Shown piece by piece: positions 1-11,675 of a stretch of 64,000 bases of DNA. Position 1 is the stretch's first letter. Each line of letters begins with the position of its first letter. The stretch is from a virus (lineage: Duplodnaviria; Caudoviricetes): positions 25,759 to 89,758 of the IMG/VR virus record IMGVR_UViG_3300023179_000059; one strand, given 5' to 3'. The translations under genes and the position numbers were made by a program. The notes below the pieces were generated by a model that saw only the letters and a list, made by a program, of their open reading frames with translations, ran no database searches and was not told the origin of the DNA.

Positions 1-1
1 T

Positions 2-1657
2 AATTCTATACAACAACTATTACTAGAAATTAGTGGAGTTAAAGCTGCTTTCAAATCAACATTACCATCTTGGGGAGCATACACCAAATTCGCTGGAACA
101 ATAGAAGGTAAATACTACGAAGATGCTGGCCCATTTGGTGGCATACCAGAAATCATGAAAGATACTGGATATGATTACTTGGACTTTGATAGATTTCCAT
201 CTGGATATCCCGGTGATCTATTTGGATATTCCATAGATATATATAAAAATAAAATTTTAATTGGCGCACCATTTGCTGCGTATGAAAAAGAAGCTATTAC
301 AAGTTGGAATGATGTTATAGCTAATACACCAGCATATACTACTCCATCTGGAACAAAGATAGGATTTAATGGTGGTGCGGGATCTGTATATTTATATGAA
401 AAATCTGCTAGTGGAGTTACACCATTCAATAGAACAATTGGTTGGACATGCATAAGAAAATTTAGACCTAACACTATTAATATTGGACAAGACACAAATG
501 ATTTAGAATTATTTGCCTCTGGATATATTTTTGGTAATCATAATTATAAAGCCGATGATTTAAATCTTAGTATTGTTGCTGATCAGTTTGGACACAGCGT
601 AAAGATAGAAAGTGATTTAATTGCTATAGGTGCGCCGGGTCATGATTTTGATAATTATGTAGAAACTATTTTTAATAGTGGAGCATTTATTAAAAAAGAA
701 TTTGACTTATCTTTAGATATTCCCAAGAGAGTAATATATGATCTTGGTGAATCTGGCGTAAGAAATGAATTGACAACTAGTGGTATTCCTATATTAAATA
801 ATGGTGCTATATTTATTTATGAAAATAGATTAATAGATTGGCAAAATAAAAAACAAGAATGGAAACCAATACAAAAAATTGTTTCACAAGGATATAATTC
901 CAGAGAACAAAAAACTTATGTTGGATCTAGTGAAATACCAGTATCTGGATCAGAAAATGACAGATTTGGAAAAATCATATCTTTAAGTAGGGTGCGTAGA
1001 AGTGATTCAGACTATATTTTAGTTGGAGGAACAGATACTCACTTATTTGAAAATAGTGGCGAAGCATTACTTAATGCTGGTGCTATATATATTTATGATG
1101 GTATTTTAAGAAAAATGCCAGCGTCTACTGTTGGCAGTGGTGGCTTTTTACACGCAAAAGTCTTTGGTGATACCGATTCTTCTGGAAATCCTTATATTAG
1201 ACTAGGATTTAGTAATGATATACCAAATACAATTTATAGTGCTACTGGAATAGTATATAGTAATAATCAAGGTGAAATATTCTTAGAAGCATCTGGACAA
1301 GATGTAGTAGAAAAAAGCTACATAAGACATAGGCCATATATAGAAGCAATAAATGGTCAATATGTTTTTGGAACTGGGGAAAATGGCAGTATATCAATGT
1401 TTATTGACGGGCAACCATTTATAAATAGCGGTAATATAAATCTATTTTCTAATGCCGCAAATTCAGCAATTGTGTATAATAATTTAGGATTGTACCAAAG
1501 CGCTGTTTTAGGTATTGCTTCTGGTGTACCATCTGGATTATTCCTATATACGGATTGTCCAAGTGGAATAACAATATCAGAATCTGGTTTTGCATTATAC
1601 GCTAGTGGGACAGGATTTTCTCCCGAAACATTAACTTTACGGGTTAGAGGAAAATGA
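2..1657 (+). CDS. 5'-truncated large virion/tail protein with FG-GAP (integrin-like) beta-propeller repeats
   Basis: Frame is open from base 2 with no stop before ATG 155, so the gene starts upstream of the window. Repeats FGYSIDI..ILIGAPF, FGHSVKI..IAIGAPG and FGKIISL..NAGAIYIY. Confidence 0.65.
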   Translation, partial: NSIQQLLLEISGVKAAFKSTLPSWGAYTKFAGTIEGKYYEDAGPFGGIPEIMKDTGYDYLDFDRFPSGYPGDLFGYSIDIYKNKILIGAPFAAYEKEAITSWNDVIANTPAYTTPSGTKIGFNGGAGSVYLYEKSASGVTPFNRTIGWTCIRKFRPNTINIGQDTNDLELFASGYIFGNHNYKADDLNLSIVADQFGHSVKIESDLIAIGAPGHDFDNYVETIFNSGAFIKKEFDLSLDIPKRVIYDLGESGVRNELTTSGIPILNNGAIFIYENRLIDWQNKKQEWKPIQKIVSQGYNSREQKTYVGSSEIPVSGSENDRFGKIISLSRVRRSDSDYILVGGTDTHLFENSGEALLNAGAIYIYDGILRKMPASTVGSGGFLHAKVFGDTDSSGNPYIRLGFSNDIPNTIYSATGIVYSNNQGEIFLEASGQDVVEKSYIRHRPYIEAINGQYVFGTGENGSISMFIDGQPFINSGNINLFSNAANSAIVYNNLGLYQSAVLGIASGVPSGLFLYTDCPSGITISESGFALYASGTGFSPETLTLRVRGK

Positions 1658-3405
1658 TTACAGTATATTATAAAAATGATTTAGATCAAGGTTGTGTTAT
1701 TAGGCCAACTCCTCTTATTTCTATATCTCATACTCCAATTAAAAATAAAATTGGAACTATGGGTTCAACATATAATATTACATTAAATGGAACCATTATT
1801 GCTGATGAAGGATCTCCAATATATACATCTAATTCTAGTTCTGTTTTTGGACCTAATGGAAAATTTAATCAAATTGGTCCAAATTATGACGGAAATATAC
1901 CGGGAAATTATACAAGACCGCCACATGAAAGTGTCAATTATGGAGATAAATTATCTGCAATATTTACAAAACAACAGGCAATACGTGAATTATTTGCATT
2001 AGATGGTCAAAAAATGGAAATTTTGCCAATTACTGGCGATGAACCAATTTTAATATTATATCCTAAAGTTGAATCTATTAATTTTGAAGAAGGTATTTAT
2101 GTTGATATATGTAAATATACAATAAATTTAGTTGCAGATAGAATTTTAGATAATGATAAAAAAACATTTATTGAAGGTAGTATTTTTTCAACCTCTCCAA
2201 GTGGATCCAATACTGAAGGATCTACATTTTATAATACCGAAAGAAAAACAGAACTTGAATTAATTAATGAGTTTGGTGGTTTTGTTGAAGATTTTACAGA
2301 TAATTGGGCAATAGAAGTTGATGAATCTACTGGAGAAACCCCATTAACTGTAGATAATAATACTAAAAATATTCCAAGATCTTATAGAATTACTAGAAGT
2401 ATTTCTGCTACCGGCAGAACAAGTTATATACCAAGTGGTAATTCTGTAGTTAGACTTGAAGCTTGGGAACAAGCTAAAAATTTTATCAAAAAAAATATAT
2501 TTAAATCTACTACTGGTGGATATAAAGATTATCCCGGCTATGAATTAGCAAAAAAATATGGAGAAAGTTTTTTAAATATACCAGATATATACAGAGGATA
2601 TAACCATATAAGAACAGAAAATATTGATAAAGCAAATGGTTCCTATAGTATTAATGATACTTGGTTAATGGCTTCTGGAAGTAAAGCTCTTGAAACATAT
2701 AATATGTCTGTTCAATCATCAATAGATGCTCCATTTGTTAGAGTCTCTATAGATGGAAATATAAAAGGTTTAAGTAGTATTGAAGCAAGTGGATATATTG
2801 GAACAATATCACAAACACCATATGAAAAAGCTTTAGAAAAATATAATGAAATATCTAATAATAAACAGTTTGGAATTAATTCTAATTTATATAAAAGAGC
2901 TAATAACTTAGTTGTTCAAACATTAAATTCACAACCAGTATCCATAACTTTAGGTACAAATGAATTTACTGGTGAAATAACTTATAATTTAGAATTTAAT
3001 AATAGACCTACTAATTATTTTATTGGCGTTTTAGGTGAAAATATATCTGTAAACGATACTTATCCCGGCGATGTTTTTGCTGTCATACCAGTTATCGGAA
3101 GAACAACTGGTCCAATATTACAATATATTGGAGGAAGAACAGAATATAGAAGAGATGTAACTATAGAAATTGTTTTAGACTATACCAATATTGGTTATAA
3201 CAATGATAGAGAATCATTTCTTTTAAAAAAACCAAGTTTAAACGAACCATTAAGATCACAAATATTAAACTTAATTAATTCTTTAAGTCCAGCATCTGAA
3301 CCGGGTATTAGAAAATATTTTTTAAATCCTCCATCAGAAAATTGGTCACCAAAAGAAGGAAGATATTCATTAAGTTTAAGTTGGATTTATGAATTGAGTT
3401 ATTAA
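1654..3405 (+). CDS. Putative virion structural (tail/baseplate) protein, 583 aa
   Basis: Long beta-rich ORF coupled to the upstream stop, within a run of large + strand genes; no catalytic motif recognised. Confidence 0.5.
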   Translation: MITVYYKNDLDQGCVIRPTPLISISHTPIKNKIGTMGSTYNITLNGTIIADEGSPIYTSNSSSVFGPNGKFNQIGPNYDGNIPGNYTRPPHESVNYGDKLSAIFTKQQAIRELFALDGQKMEILPITGDEPILILYPKVESINFEEGIYVDICKYTINLVADRILDNDKKTFIEGSIFSTSPSGSNTEGSTFYNTERKTELELINEFGGFVEDFTDNWAIEVDESTGETPLTVDNNTKNIPRSYRITRSISATGRTSYIPSGNSVVRLEAWEQAKNFIKKNIFKSTTGGYKDYPGYELAKKYGESFLNIPDIYRGYNHIRTENIDKANGSYSINDTWLMASGSKALETYNMSVQSSIDAPFVRVSIDGNIKGLSSIEASGYIGTISQTPYEKALEKYNEISNNKQFGINSNLYKRANNLVVQTLNSQPVSITLGTNEFTGEITYNLEFNNRPTNYFIGVLGENISVNDTYPGDVFAVIPVIGRTTGPILQYIGGRTEYRRDVTIEIVLDYTNIGYNNDRESFLLKKPSLNEPLRSQILNLINSLSPASEPGIRKYFLNPPSENWSPKEGRYSLSLSWIYELSY

Positions 3406-3406
3406 T

Positions 3407-3745
3407 ATGACATCTATTAATATAGATAATAGTTCATTAGATTTATCACAAAATATTACGAATAATACAGCAGTTGATTTATCTTTACAAAATCCAATAT
3501 ATAGTGGTGGACAAGTTAATGATATAAATAGTAATACATCTATCGTATCACCAAATGGATTAAATTTTAATATAGAATTATCTAATGCAAATTTATCTAG
3601 TCAATATGCAATAACAGATTTTACCATTTTTAATCCATATATACACAACACTTCGTTTTATACTTTTAGTACATCTAATTTATTACAAGTTGCTACAAAT
3701 AGATTTAATATTTATTCTCAATCATTTAGGACATGGTTGTCATGA
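3407..3745 (+). CDS. Hypothetical Asn/Ser-rich protein, 112 aa
   Basis: Fills the gap between two large genes; its stop overlaps ATG 3742 of the next gene (ATGA). Confidence 0.55.
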   Translation: MTSINIDNSSLDLSQNITNNTAVDLSLQNPIYSGGQVNDINSNTSIVSPNGLNFNIELSNANLSSQYAITDFTIFNPYIHNTSFYTFSTSNLLQVATNRFNIYSQSFRTWLS

Positions 3746-6700
3746 CAAGACCCGTTGGAAATTTATCTATTAATCCAGCATCTGGATATTGGGGTGCTAA
3801 TTTTAGTCAAGAATCTTTTTCTATTCCAGAATCATTCTCAAGTGCTAAAGATGGTTTTGAACAACAAACATTTTTAGGCGCTTCTATACGAAATTTTGGA
3901 ATAAGCGCTGGTTATGGTGACAGTACAAGTAGTTTATCTGTTGAATTAATTAATGATGAATTTAATAAATCAGACAATACAAGATATGGTGATCCCATTG
4001 GTGACGACGTATATCACGATGGACAATTTGATAGATTTTCTCCACCGCCAGTTGGATCTCCAGTATTTTTTAAATTTGGACAAAAAAAAGCAAATATAAA
4101 TGAAGCATATAAATCAATGTATGATAGTTTATATGGAACTAATGAAGCTATTGGATCTATTGGTCAATTCCATTTATGCTTTGGTGGAATATTACAAAGT
4201 TATGTTCAAAATCGTGGACCGGGTGGGAATCCACTATATTCTGTACAAGTAGTAGATCCAAGAGAAATATTATCTAATGTAACATTGATTTTAAATAATT
4301 ATGCCGGTACAACATTTAATAATGCTAATATGTATAATCTATATGGATTTTTAGAATATAATCCTACTCAAGATCTTAAAACACAATTAGATGAAGCATA
4401 TGCAATTAAAGATATCTTTAGAAAAATAATAAATCCAGATGGTAGTTATAGATTTTTAGGTTATGATTTATATGCGATTAATCCAAACATCCCACTAGAT
4501 AGAGAACAATTTAATATAACTACAACAGTTGATTGGACATCTCTTCCAGTTAAATTTCCAATGACGGGAACCGGTTTTTCTAGGAGAGGTCCACAGGGAA
4601 TGCCGTTCTATAGAATTAAACAATCTTTTTCTGCTTTATTAGGACTCAATGGTGCTTTACCACAAGAATATATAGATGCAGGATTTGGCGGCTTTGTTAA
4701 TTTTCGTGGACATAATTATATTGTTGATCTTAGTGGTCTTAAAAATGTTCCTAACTATTATTTCTTTGATTTTGATCAGATAAATTTATTAGATTTTTGT
4801 TTAGAAGTTTGTGATATTACAAGTAGTGAATTATTTGTTTCTTTATTACCAATTATTCCTCACGCAGCCTGTGCAAGATTTCAAAGTTGGAATAATTCTT
4901 ATGGATCTGATCCAAAAAAGTTAATTTCTGGAATTATTAGAGTTGATAGTATTGATAAATCTTTTAAGCCACAATATGGAGCTATTAAAAATTATATAGA
5001 TAAATTAAGACTATCTGGTACTCCAGTTGAAAATCAAGATGTTGGATTTGAATTATCTAATGTTACTACAGATAAATTTATTGTTGGCGCACAAGAAGTC
5101 GATATGTATTATTTTTCTAATAATAATGATAGAGATAATTTAACTGTTAGAGAAGTAAGTGCTGGATATGGTAGTGTTGATAATGCGAAACAATGGAGAT
5201 TAAAAACAGCACTTGAACAACAAATATTACCATATTATGGACTTTTGGGAAATCGTGCAGTAACTATACCAAAAGGATGGGGTGCATATCAACAAATATT
5301 ATTAGATTCATCATTACTAAATGCTAAAGGTGTTGGTAATTACTATGTTGCAACAGAAATAGAATTAAGAGCGGCACTTATTTCATATGAAAGATGGTGT
5401 GAATTTCTATTATCATATAATGATATATATATGGAATCTGTAGAACTCGGAGATGATGTAGAAGGATCTTTAATATCACAACAGCCATCACGATTTGATA
5501 ATGATATAGTTGAATTATCTAAAAATTATGCTGTCACAGTTCCTAGATCTGTTTTTGATTCAGAAGATATAAGATATGGAACAGATGGGCTTCCTTTAAG
5601 TGCATGTAATCCTCCATATGGATATCCATTATATTACAAACGTGCTACTAGAATAGGAGTTCAAGGTGCTGGTTTATCAAACTTATATTCAAGATATAAT
5701 GGAATAATAACATCTTTAGCAGAAATTAATGGAGCAGCAAATAGCGAACAACTAAAAACTATACTTGGTAATGTTTGGGATGATTTAACATCTTCTAGTG
5801 TTGGTGATATAACACAATTTGAAAGAGATCTTATAAATAGAATTAATATATTAAAACAAAATATTGATTTAGTTACAAAAGCTGATGTTATTGGTCTTAT
5901 ACAAGAATTTGAAGCTGGATTAGAATCTTCATTTAAAATAATGAATAGACTTACGAAAGATACAAAAGAAAATTCATTAAAAGTCTATAATTTTATTAGA
6001 GCAATTGCAGAAGAATGTTTAGGTAAGAAATTTTTAGTAAAAATTCCAAAATATGTAAATGTATTTTATAATCCTACTGGTATTACTGTAGATAATAATA
6101 CTTTAAAATATACAAGTGGTCCATTTGGATTTAAACCAAGGGCAACAAAAAGTATACCACCAAATTATGAATTTAGTTCAGAATTTTTAGATCAAGTTAA
6201 AGAAGCAAGAGACTCAATAGAAACTCATATGTTTACTTCATATGAGACTGTCACACAATTTAAAGGTGCTTTAAATCTAAACTATAATCCAATAACAGAA
6301 CAATATGAATATAATTATTTACCAGAAAAACAGGGTGGCTATACTAATTTTGATTTATTAACAAATATTTCTCAAAATAAACCAGTAGGCGTATTATATG
6401 GATTAATTCCACAAGATTTAACAAATTTTTTGCTTGAAAATTCTCGCACATGTTCATATGTAAGATTTGATAATAGTCAATATCTATCATTTAATGGTAT
6501 AGATTCAAATTCTTTTACGCAACAAGTTGTGATTGGAAATAATTTTATTCCAGATCTAACTAATCAGTTAAATAATGTTGGAGAAGATTCTACAACATTT
6601 ACCAGTTTTCAAGAAAATGATACAAACCCACCGCCACCTAAGTCTATTGCTTTCGTTAAGTGTGATATAGATGATAAATTTTATATGCCACCAAGAGTAT

Positions 6701-8208
6701 CAATTAGTGGAATTGGTGGTGAGAATAATGATGGATATAATGGTTTATATAATGTTACTGTGCATGGAACAAATGTAGTTGATATTGGTAGAGCATCAAG
6801 ACCTAGAAAACTATTTACATGCGATATACCACCAAGTGGTGGATGGATATTATCAAGAAGATATTTTATATCTCATTATGTTCCAACTAGTACAGCCTCA
6901 GAAAATGTTGCACAAGATAAATTTTTTGAAAGAGAAATTGTTAATAATAAATGTATAATTAAAACAAAAAATGAAAATCTAGATACAAATAATGTATATG
7001 CTTTAATTACATTGCCGGGTAGAATTGTAGCAACAAAAGATGCTAGATATAGAGATTCAATATTTCAAACTATTAATACTGCTGTCATTAAACACGCTTT
7101 AACAATGGATGTTGTAAAGATACCAGAATTTTCTGCTCCAAATTTTATTGGTGCGCCTCCAGACGTTGCTATTGGAGAAGACGTTGGGGCTATAGCACAG
7201 GCAACAGCCGCATATAATCAAGCATTAGAAAAAAGTATTAATTTTTCTTTACATAATAGAATTCAATTTGCTGCACCGTCTCCAATATATCCAGATTTAG
7301 TTGTTTTACCATTAATGTCTAAAGAACGATGTTATGGCCCTTGGATTTCTTCATTATTAGATTCACAAGCCAGTGTATATCAAAACATTGGTGGAAAAAT
7401 AGAATTTATTAAAGATGAAAATTTATCTCCTTGGAATTATCAAGGTTATGATTTAATGAATCAAGCTGGAATAACACAGGCACAATTTGCAAATAGTTTA
7501 TTATTACAATCAGAACGTGGTGGCTTTGTGGTTCCAGCAGCACCTAGCGGTGTTTCTATTGGTAGAGCTTTAGCTAACTTAGGCCCACTAATTACAAATA
7601 TATCAGTAGATATATCAGATAATGGTATTAGAACAACATTTAAGATGGATCTATATACATCAAGTTTTGGAAAATTACAAAAACAAAAACAAGACGCTAT
7701 AGCTAATATAAGTAGAGAAAGACAAAAACTTAAAGATGAAAGAAATACTTTGATACGAAAAGGATTAAGTAAAAATCAAACAAATGTAAATTATAATTTA
7801 ATATATAATTATATTAGAAATCAAAGTATATATGGTAACTACTACACTAATTATCAAACTAATAGCCCATCTATGACACAGCTTGTGGTTTCTGTTGATC
7901 CAAACAATAATACATTTGTCAATGAACAAAATTCAACTATGTTTGGAAGTACATCGAATAGTCAATATAATACTTTATATTCCTCATCTGCCAGTGTGCA
8001 GAGTAATGATCAACTAAGTGATACTATTAATAATTTACCAAATACTATAGGAACCTCAAATAAATATTATAATTCTGCTGGAATATCTTTATCTGAAATG
8101 TTTGTAGCTTTTTCTAAAGAACCTCATCCAAATATGCCATATCTTGTTGATAATAATTTAAATTCATCACAATCTTTATACGATCAAATTAGTTCAAAGG
8201 AAATATAA
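3742..8208 (+). CDS. Very large putative virion/baseplate protein (~1490 aa)
   Basis: Uninterrupted ORF. ATG 3742 preferred over 3733 (ATGA coupling, AGGA at 3728-3731). Function inferred from context only. Confidence 0.5.
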   Translation: MTRPVGNLSINPASGYWGANFSQESFSIPESFSSAKDGFEQQTFLGASIRNFGISAGYGDSTSSLSVELINDEFNKSDNTRYGDPIGDDVYHDGQFDRFSPPPVGSPVFFKFGQKKANINEAYKSMYDSLYGTNEAIGSIGQFHLCFGGILQSYVQNRGPGGNPLYSVQVVDPREILSNVTLILNNYAGTTFNNANMYNLYGFLEYNPTQDLKTQLDEAYAIKDIFRKIINPDGSYRFLGYDLYAINPNIPLDREQFNITTTVDWTSLPVKFPMTGTGFSRRGPQGMPFYRIKQSFSALLGLNGALPQEYIDAGFGGFVNFRGHNYIVDLSGLKNVPNYYFFDFDQINLLDFCLEVCDITSSELFVSLLPIIPHAACARFQSWNNSYGSDPKKLISGIIRVDSIDKSFKPQYGAIKNYIDKLRLSGTPVENQDVGFELSNVTTDKFIVGAQEVDMYYFSNNNDRDNLTVREVSAGYGSVDNAKQWRLKTALEQQILPYYGLLGNRAVTIPKGWGAYQQILLDSSLLNAKGVGNYYVATEIELRAALISYERWCEFLLSYNDIYMESVELGDDVEGSLISQQPSRFDNDIVELSKNYAVTVPRSVFDSEDIRYGTDGLPLSACNPPYGYPLYYKRATRIGVQGAGLSNLYSRYNGIITSLAEINGAANSEQLKTILGNVWDDLTSSSVGDITQFERDLINRINILKQNIDLVTKADVIGLIQEFEAGLESSFKIMNRLTKDTKENSLKVYNFIRAIAEECLGKKFLVKIPKYVNVFYNPTGITVDNNTLKYTSGPFGFKPRATKSIPPNYEFSSEFLDQVKEARDSIETHMFTSYETVTQFKGALNLNYNPITEQYEYNYLPEKQGGYTNFDLLTNISQNKPVGVLYGLIPQDLTNFLLENSRTCSYVRFDNSQYLSFNGIDSNSFTQQVVIGNNFIPDLTNQLNNVGEDSTTFTSFQENDTNPPPPKSIAFVKCDIDDKFYMPPRVSISGIGGENNDGYNGLYNVTVHGTNVVDIGRASRPRKLFTCDIPPSGGWILSRRYFISHYVPTSTASENVAQDKFFEREIVNNKCIIKTKNENLDTNNVYALITLPGRIVATKDARYRDSIFQTINTAVIKHALTMDVVKIPEFSAPNFIGAPPDVAIGEDVGAIAQATAAYNQALEKSINFSLHNRIQFAAPSPIYPDLVVLPLMSKERCYGPWISSLLDSQASVYQNIGGKIEFIKDENLSPWNYQGYDLMNQAGITQAQFANSLLLQSERGGFVVPAAPSGVSIGRALANLGPLITNISVDISDNGIRTTFKMDLYTSSFGKLQKQKQDAIANISRERQKLKDERNTLIRKGLSKNQTNVNYNLIYNYIRNQSIYGNYYTNYQTNSPSMTQLVVSVDPNNNTFVNEQNSTMFGSTSNSQYNTLYSSSASVQSNDQLSDTINNLPNTIGTSNKYYNSAGISLSEMFVAFSKEPHPNMPYLVDNNLNSSQSLYDQISSKEI

Positions 8209-11200
8209 TGTCTACATTTAAAGGATCTTTGACTTCAAGAGTTCAAGAAAATCATCAATTTTTTAGTAAGAATAAATTTTTAGAAAGTATAGGATTATGT
8301 TCTTTTACTAAATCTTCATGTGAAATTATTTATAAACAAAATAGAAAACTATTAAATAATAGTTCAATTTTTAATAGCTTACCAACTCAACTTAATAATA
8401 ATACAACAATTTTAGATCTATTGTCTAATTTAAATTGTACATATACTAAATTTAGTATTGGATCTCAAACATTTGAAGCTTCACCAACATCAATATCATT
8501 ATTAGATTTATATAATTTAATTACATATCATGAAAATAAAATTTTTAATGGATCTGCACAAGTTGTAATAGAACAATATGATAGTCAAATAAAAGATATT
8601 AATAATAGTTTAGAAAAATCTGTTAAGTGTGTTGGTACATTAACTCTTGGTCAACTTAATGAAGAAATAGTTATTAATTTGACTTTTCAAGAACGGGGAA
8701 ATAGAAGCAACGAAAGAAGCGTTGCATTTAAAGAAATAATGATTGCTGCTCCACCAAGAATGGCAAGTGGTCCACAGTATGGATTTGGTACAACGGATGA
8801 TCATCAAAAATCATCAACTTCTAATATAAATACAGTTATACCACCAACACAAGGTGGTTTTGGTCAAGATTCAATTGCTGCACCATTAAAAGTATATTAC
8901 GATAATAATACTGGACAATGGAAATCTGGAAATATTCAAATATTAGCTAGATTACTTACTGATATAGATCCAGCAGATATTCAACCAATTCCAGATTCGG
9001 ATTTAACTAATTTATCTCCAGAACAAATTGCTGAAATATTTTCGGGATCACCAAAAAAAGGAAAAGCATTACCATTATCTATGCAAGGTGGTAATCCACA
9101 CACATATGGACCAAATTTTATAGAATGTATTACAAAAAAAACAGTAGAAGTAGAAGTTATTAATAGATCATTAAAAGCTTTTAAACAGGGCGAACTTGTA
9201 ATGTTGACCGATATTAATGGTGAATGGATACCACAGCCATTTGGAGAAGATCAGCCAGCAACATCTCCTATAAAGTTTGGTGATTGGTCATTTGTAAAAT
9301 TAATAGCAAATACAGATAGTTATTTTAAAGACGATAGATTTTATAAAGATGGATCTACAGAATTTGCGACAGATATCAAACCAGAAGATTATGAAAATGC
9401 GTCTAGATTTAAATTTTATACAAATATATTAAGTACTTGGATTAATAGAAAAGATTTTATAGAAGATAATATAAAAAGACCGGCCTTAACAACCGTATAC
9501 CCCGGATCATTGCTTAGAGAAATACAACAATTAAATCTTAAAAATATTGAATCCACAAATTTTATTCCAAGTAAAAGATATTATATTTGTAGTATTTTTG
9601 ACCAATTAAATGAAACAATAGGTGGATTCCAAAAAAAAACAATATTAACTTCTACAAATGTAGAAGCTAAAAATACATTTATTTCAGCAAATGATCAATT
9701 TAAATATGCTGAAGAAATTCCTCTTTTTTGGGGTCCAGTATATTTAGATGGTGTTATGGATATAATATATAATAATAATCCATTACCAGAATATAATGGT
9801 CCAGATAAAAATTTTAGTCAAATATGTGAATTTTTCAGATTACCAAAATCATCTAATGATATATCAAGTTTTCCGGCCAGTGACAATAAAGACAATGAAC
9901 AATTATTACATGTACCAGCAGAATGCGTTAGTAAGTTTATTAATCCATATAGTGTTTTTATTGGGTGGCCCCTACTTGGATCTGAAAATTTTACAATATA
10001 TACACCACACGTTCCAGCACCATATTATGGGACATCTATACCAAAAAGCAAAAATAGAATTCAATTTTCTCCACTACAAGCAGAATTTGCAGGTGGAGAC
10101 GATATGTTATCAAAATTTTCTAATGATCAAAATAATAGAAATTTCTATACCATTGTAAGAAAACTTATTAATAAAAGATCAGCACAGGTAGAAAATATTA
10201 TACCAGATAATTTTACTGGATATTTAATGGGAAATACTTATGAAAGGTCTGCAAAATTAGGATATATTGAAGCAAATAAAAATATATTATTATCTGAAAT
10301 AAATGATAGTATTTTACCAAACTGTAGTTTAATATATGATATATCAAAATATAATCAAGGATCATTTTTAAATACGATTAGATATCAATGTTATGTAGCA
10401 CAACAACCAATTGATACTGGATTAGTTGGCGCGCCAAGATTATTTAGAGATGGATTTTCATCTTCTGCCGTTGGCGCACAATGTGTTGGAATAATATCTG
10501 CTAAAAATACAATTTCTAAATCCGGTGGTGGAAAAATTAATTATTCTCTTATTCAAGATTTTGGACTTAATCAACAAAGAGCTGCTACAGCAACACAGAC
10601 ATTTTTTTCACAACTTATGGGTATAGCATTTGGTGGTAGCAGTGGGGGAATTCAAACCGGAATTCCACAGTGGGGTTCAAATACAGATACTATTGACAGT
10701 TTTGGAACAACGGCACTACATGTAAAAATTTATGACTATTGGCCCGAAGAACAAACATTATTTGATCCAAGATATTTTGGCGTATTACATTTTAATGCTG
10801 GTAGTTATTGGAATACCGAATCTTTAAATAATACATTGGCAATTGTAGCTGGAGAAACTACGCAGCAAACACAGCAAAGAATAGAAAATAGTAAAAAACT
10901 AGACTTACCAATTCCAACATATTTAGATGATAATATTATTCAAGTTGGAGAATCAATAGATAGAAATATAGCATTTAAACCAAAAAATCAATGGAAATTA
11001 AATCCAATAAGAAGAGGCGCTTTATTAACTGGTGGTGGATTTACTTATAAGTATCATGTTATTGGATTATCTGATACTGCAACTATACTTTCTGGTGGAA
11101 CGGGTTTTACATCTTCTTTTGAGCATACAATTGCTTCTAGAAATTTAAAAATTACCGTATTAGTAAGTAATGGTTCTGTTACTGGAATAAAATTTGAAAA

Positions 11201-11630
11201 AGATACTTTTGGAAATGATATGCGTGGTGACGATTTTATTCCGAACGATTTTAATACAGATTTTCCAAAATATGTAAATGGAGATGTAAATGGAACAACT
11301 GACCAAAAAGGATTTGTTTTAAACTTTAGATCTCCTACAGCAAATGGAAAACAGGCTAGTATAGGATTTATAAATGGTATATGTTGGCTAAAAATAGCTA
11401 AAGATTTACCACCTGTACAACACGGTCCAATCACTAGATTAACCAGTAGCAGCAAGCGTGGAGAGGGATTTATAGAGGAAACTAGAGATACTACATTAGA
11501 TTTAGGAACAAATTCTAGTGGAAAATATGACTGTTTTTATCACTTTCATAACGATATTACTCATACACTTATTTTGGCACAGCCATTTACAGCCGGATTT
11601 GCCCAATATGTCAGTATGACAATAACATAA
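8208..11630 (+). CDS. Large putative virion structural protein, 1140 aa
   Basis: TAATG coupling to upstream gene; Gly/Thr-rich C-terminal segments (ILSGGTGF); structural context. Confidence 0.45.
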   Translation: MSTFKGSLTSRVQENHQFFSKNKFLESIGLCSFTKSSCEIIYKQNRKLLNNSSIFNSLPTQLNNNTTILDLLSNLNCTYTKFSIGSQTFEASPTSISLLDLYNLITYHENKIFNGSAQVVIEQYDSQIKDINNSLEKSVKCVGTLTLGQLNEEIVINLTFQERGNRSNERSVAFKEIMIAAPPRMASGPQYGFGTTDDHQKSSTSNINTVIPPTQGGFGQDSIAAPLKVYYDNNTGQWKSGNIQILARLLTDIDPADIQPIPDSDLTNLSPEQIAEIFSGSPKKGKALPLSMQGGNPHTYGPNFIECITKKTVEVEVINRSLKAFKQGELVMLTDINGEWIPQPFGEDQPATSPIKFGDWSFVKLIANTDSYFKDDRFYKDGSTEFATDIKPEDYENASRFKFYTNILSTWINRKDFIEDNIKRPALTTVYPGSLLREIQQLNLKNIESTNFIPSKRYYICSIFDQLNETIGGFQKKTILTSTNVEAKNTFISANDQFKYAEEIPLFWGPVYLDGVMDIIYNNNPLPEYNGPDKNFSQICEFFRLPKSSNDISSFPASDNKDNEQLLHVPAECVSKFINPYSVFIGWPLLGSENFTIYTPHVPAPYYGTSIPKSKNRIQFSPLQAEFAGGDDMLSKFSNDQNNRNFYTIVRKLINKRSAQVENIIPDNFTGYLMGNTYERSAKLGYIEANKNILLSEINDSILPNCSLIYDISKYNQGSFLNTIRYQCYVAQQPIDTGLVGAPRLFRDGFSSSAVGAQCVGIISAKNTISKSGGGKINYSLIQDFGLNQQRAATATQTFFSQLMGIAFGGSSGGIQTGIPQWGSNTDTIDSFGTTALHVKIYDYWPEEQTLFDPRYFGVLHFNAGSYWNTESLNNTLAIVAGETTQQTQQRIENSKKLDLPIPTYLDDNIIQVGESIDRNIAFKPKNQWKLNPIRRGALLTGGGFTYKYHVIGLSDTATILSGGTGFTSSFEHTIASRNLKITVLVSNGSVTGIKFEKDTFGNDMRGDDFIPNDFNTDFPKYVNGDVNGTTDQKGFVLNFRSPTANGKQASIGFINGICWLKIAKDLPPVQHGPITRLTSSSKRGEGFIEETRDTTLDLGTNSSGKYDCFYHFHNDITHTLILAQPFTAGFAQYVSMTIT

Positions 11631-11644
11631 TTTATGTGTATAAT
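11613..11644 (+). promoter_or_regulatory. Promoter: ATGACA-N17-TATAAT with extended -10 (GTGTATAAT)
   Basis: atgacaataacataatttatgtgtataat, followed by RBS GGGAGA before ATG 11676. Confidence 0.55.
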
Positions 11645-11675
11645 AAATTAGAAACCTTCAATATGGGAGACTTTC

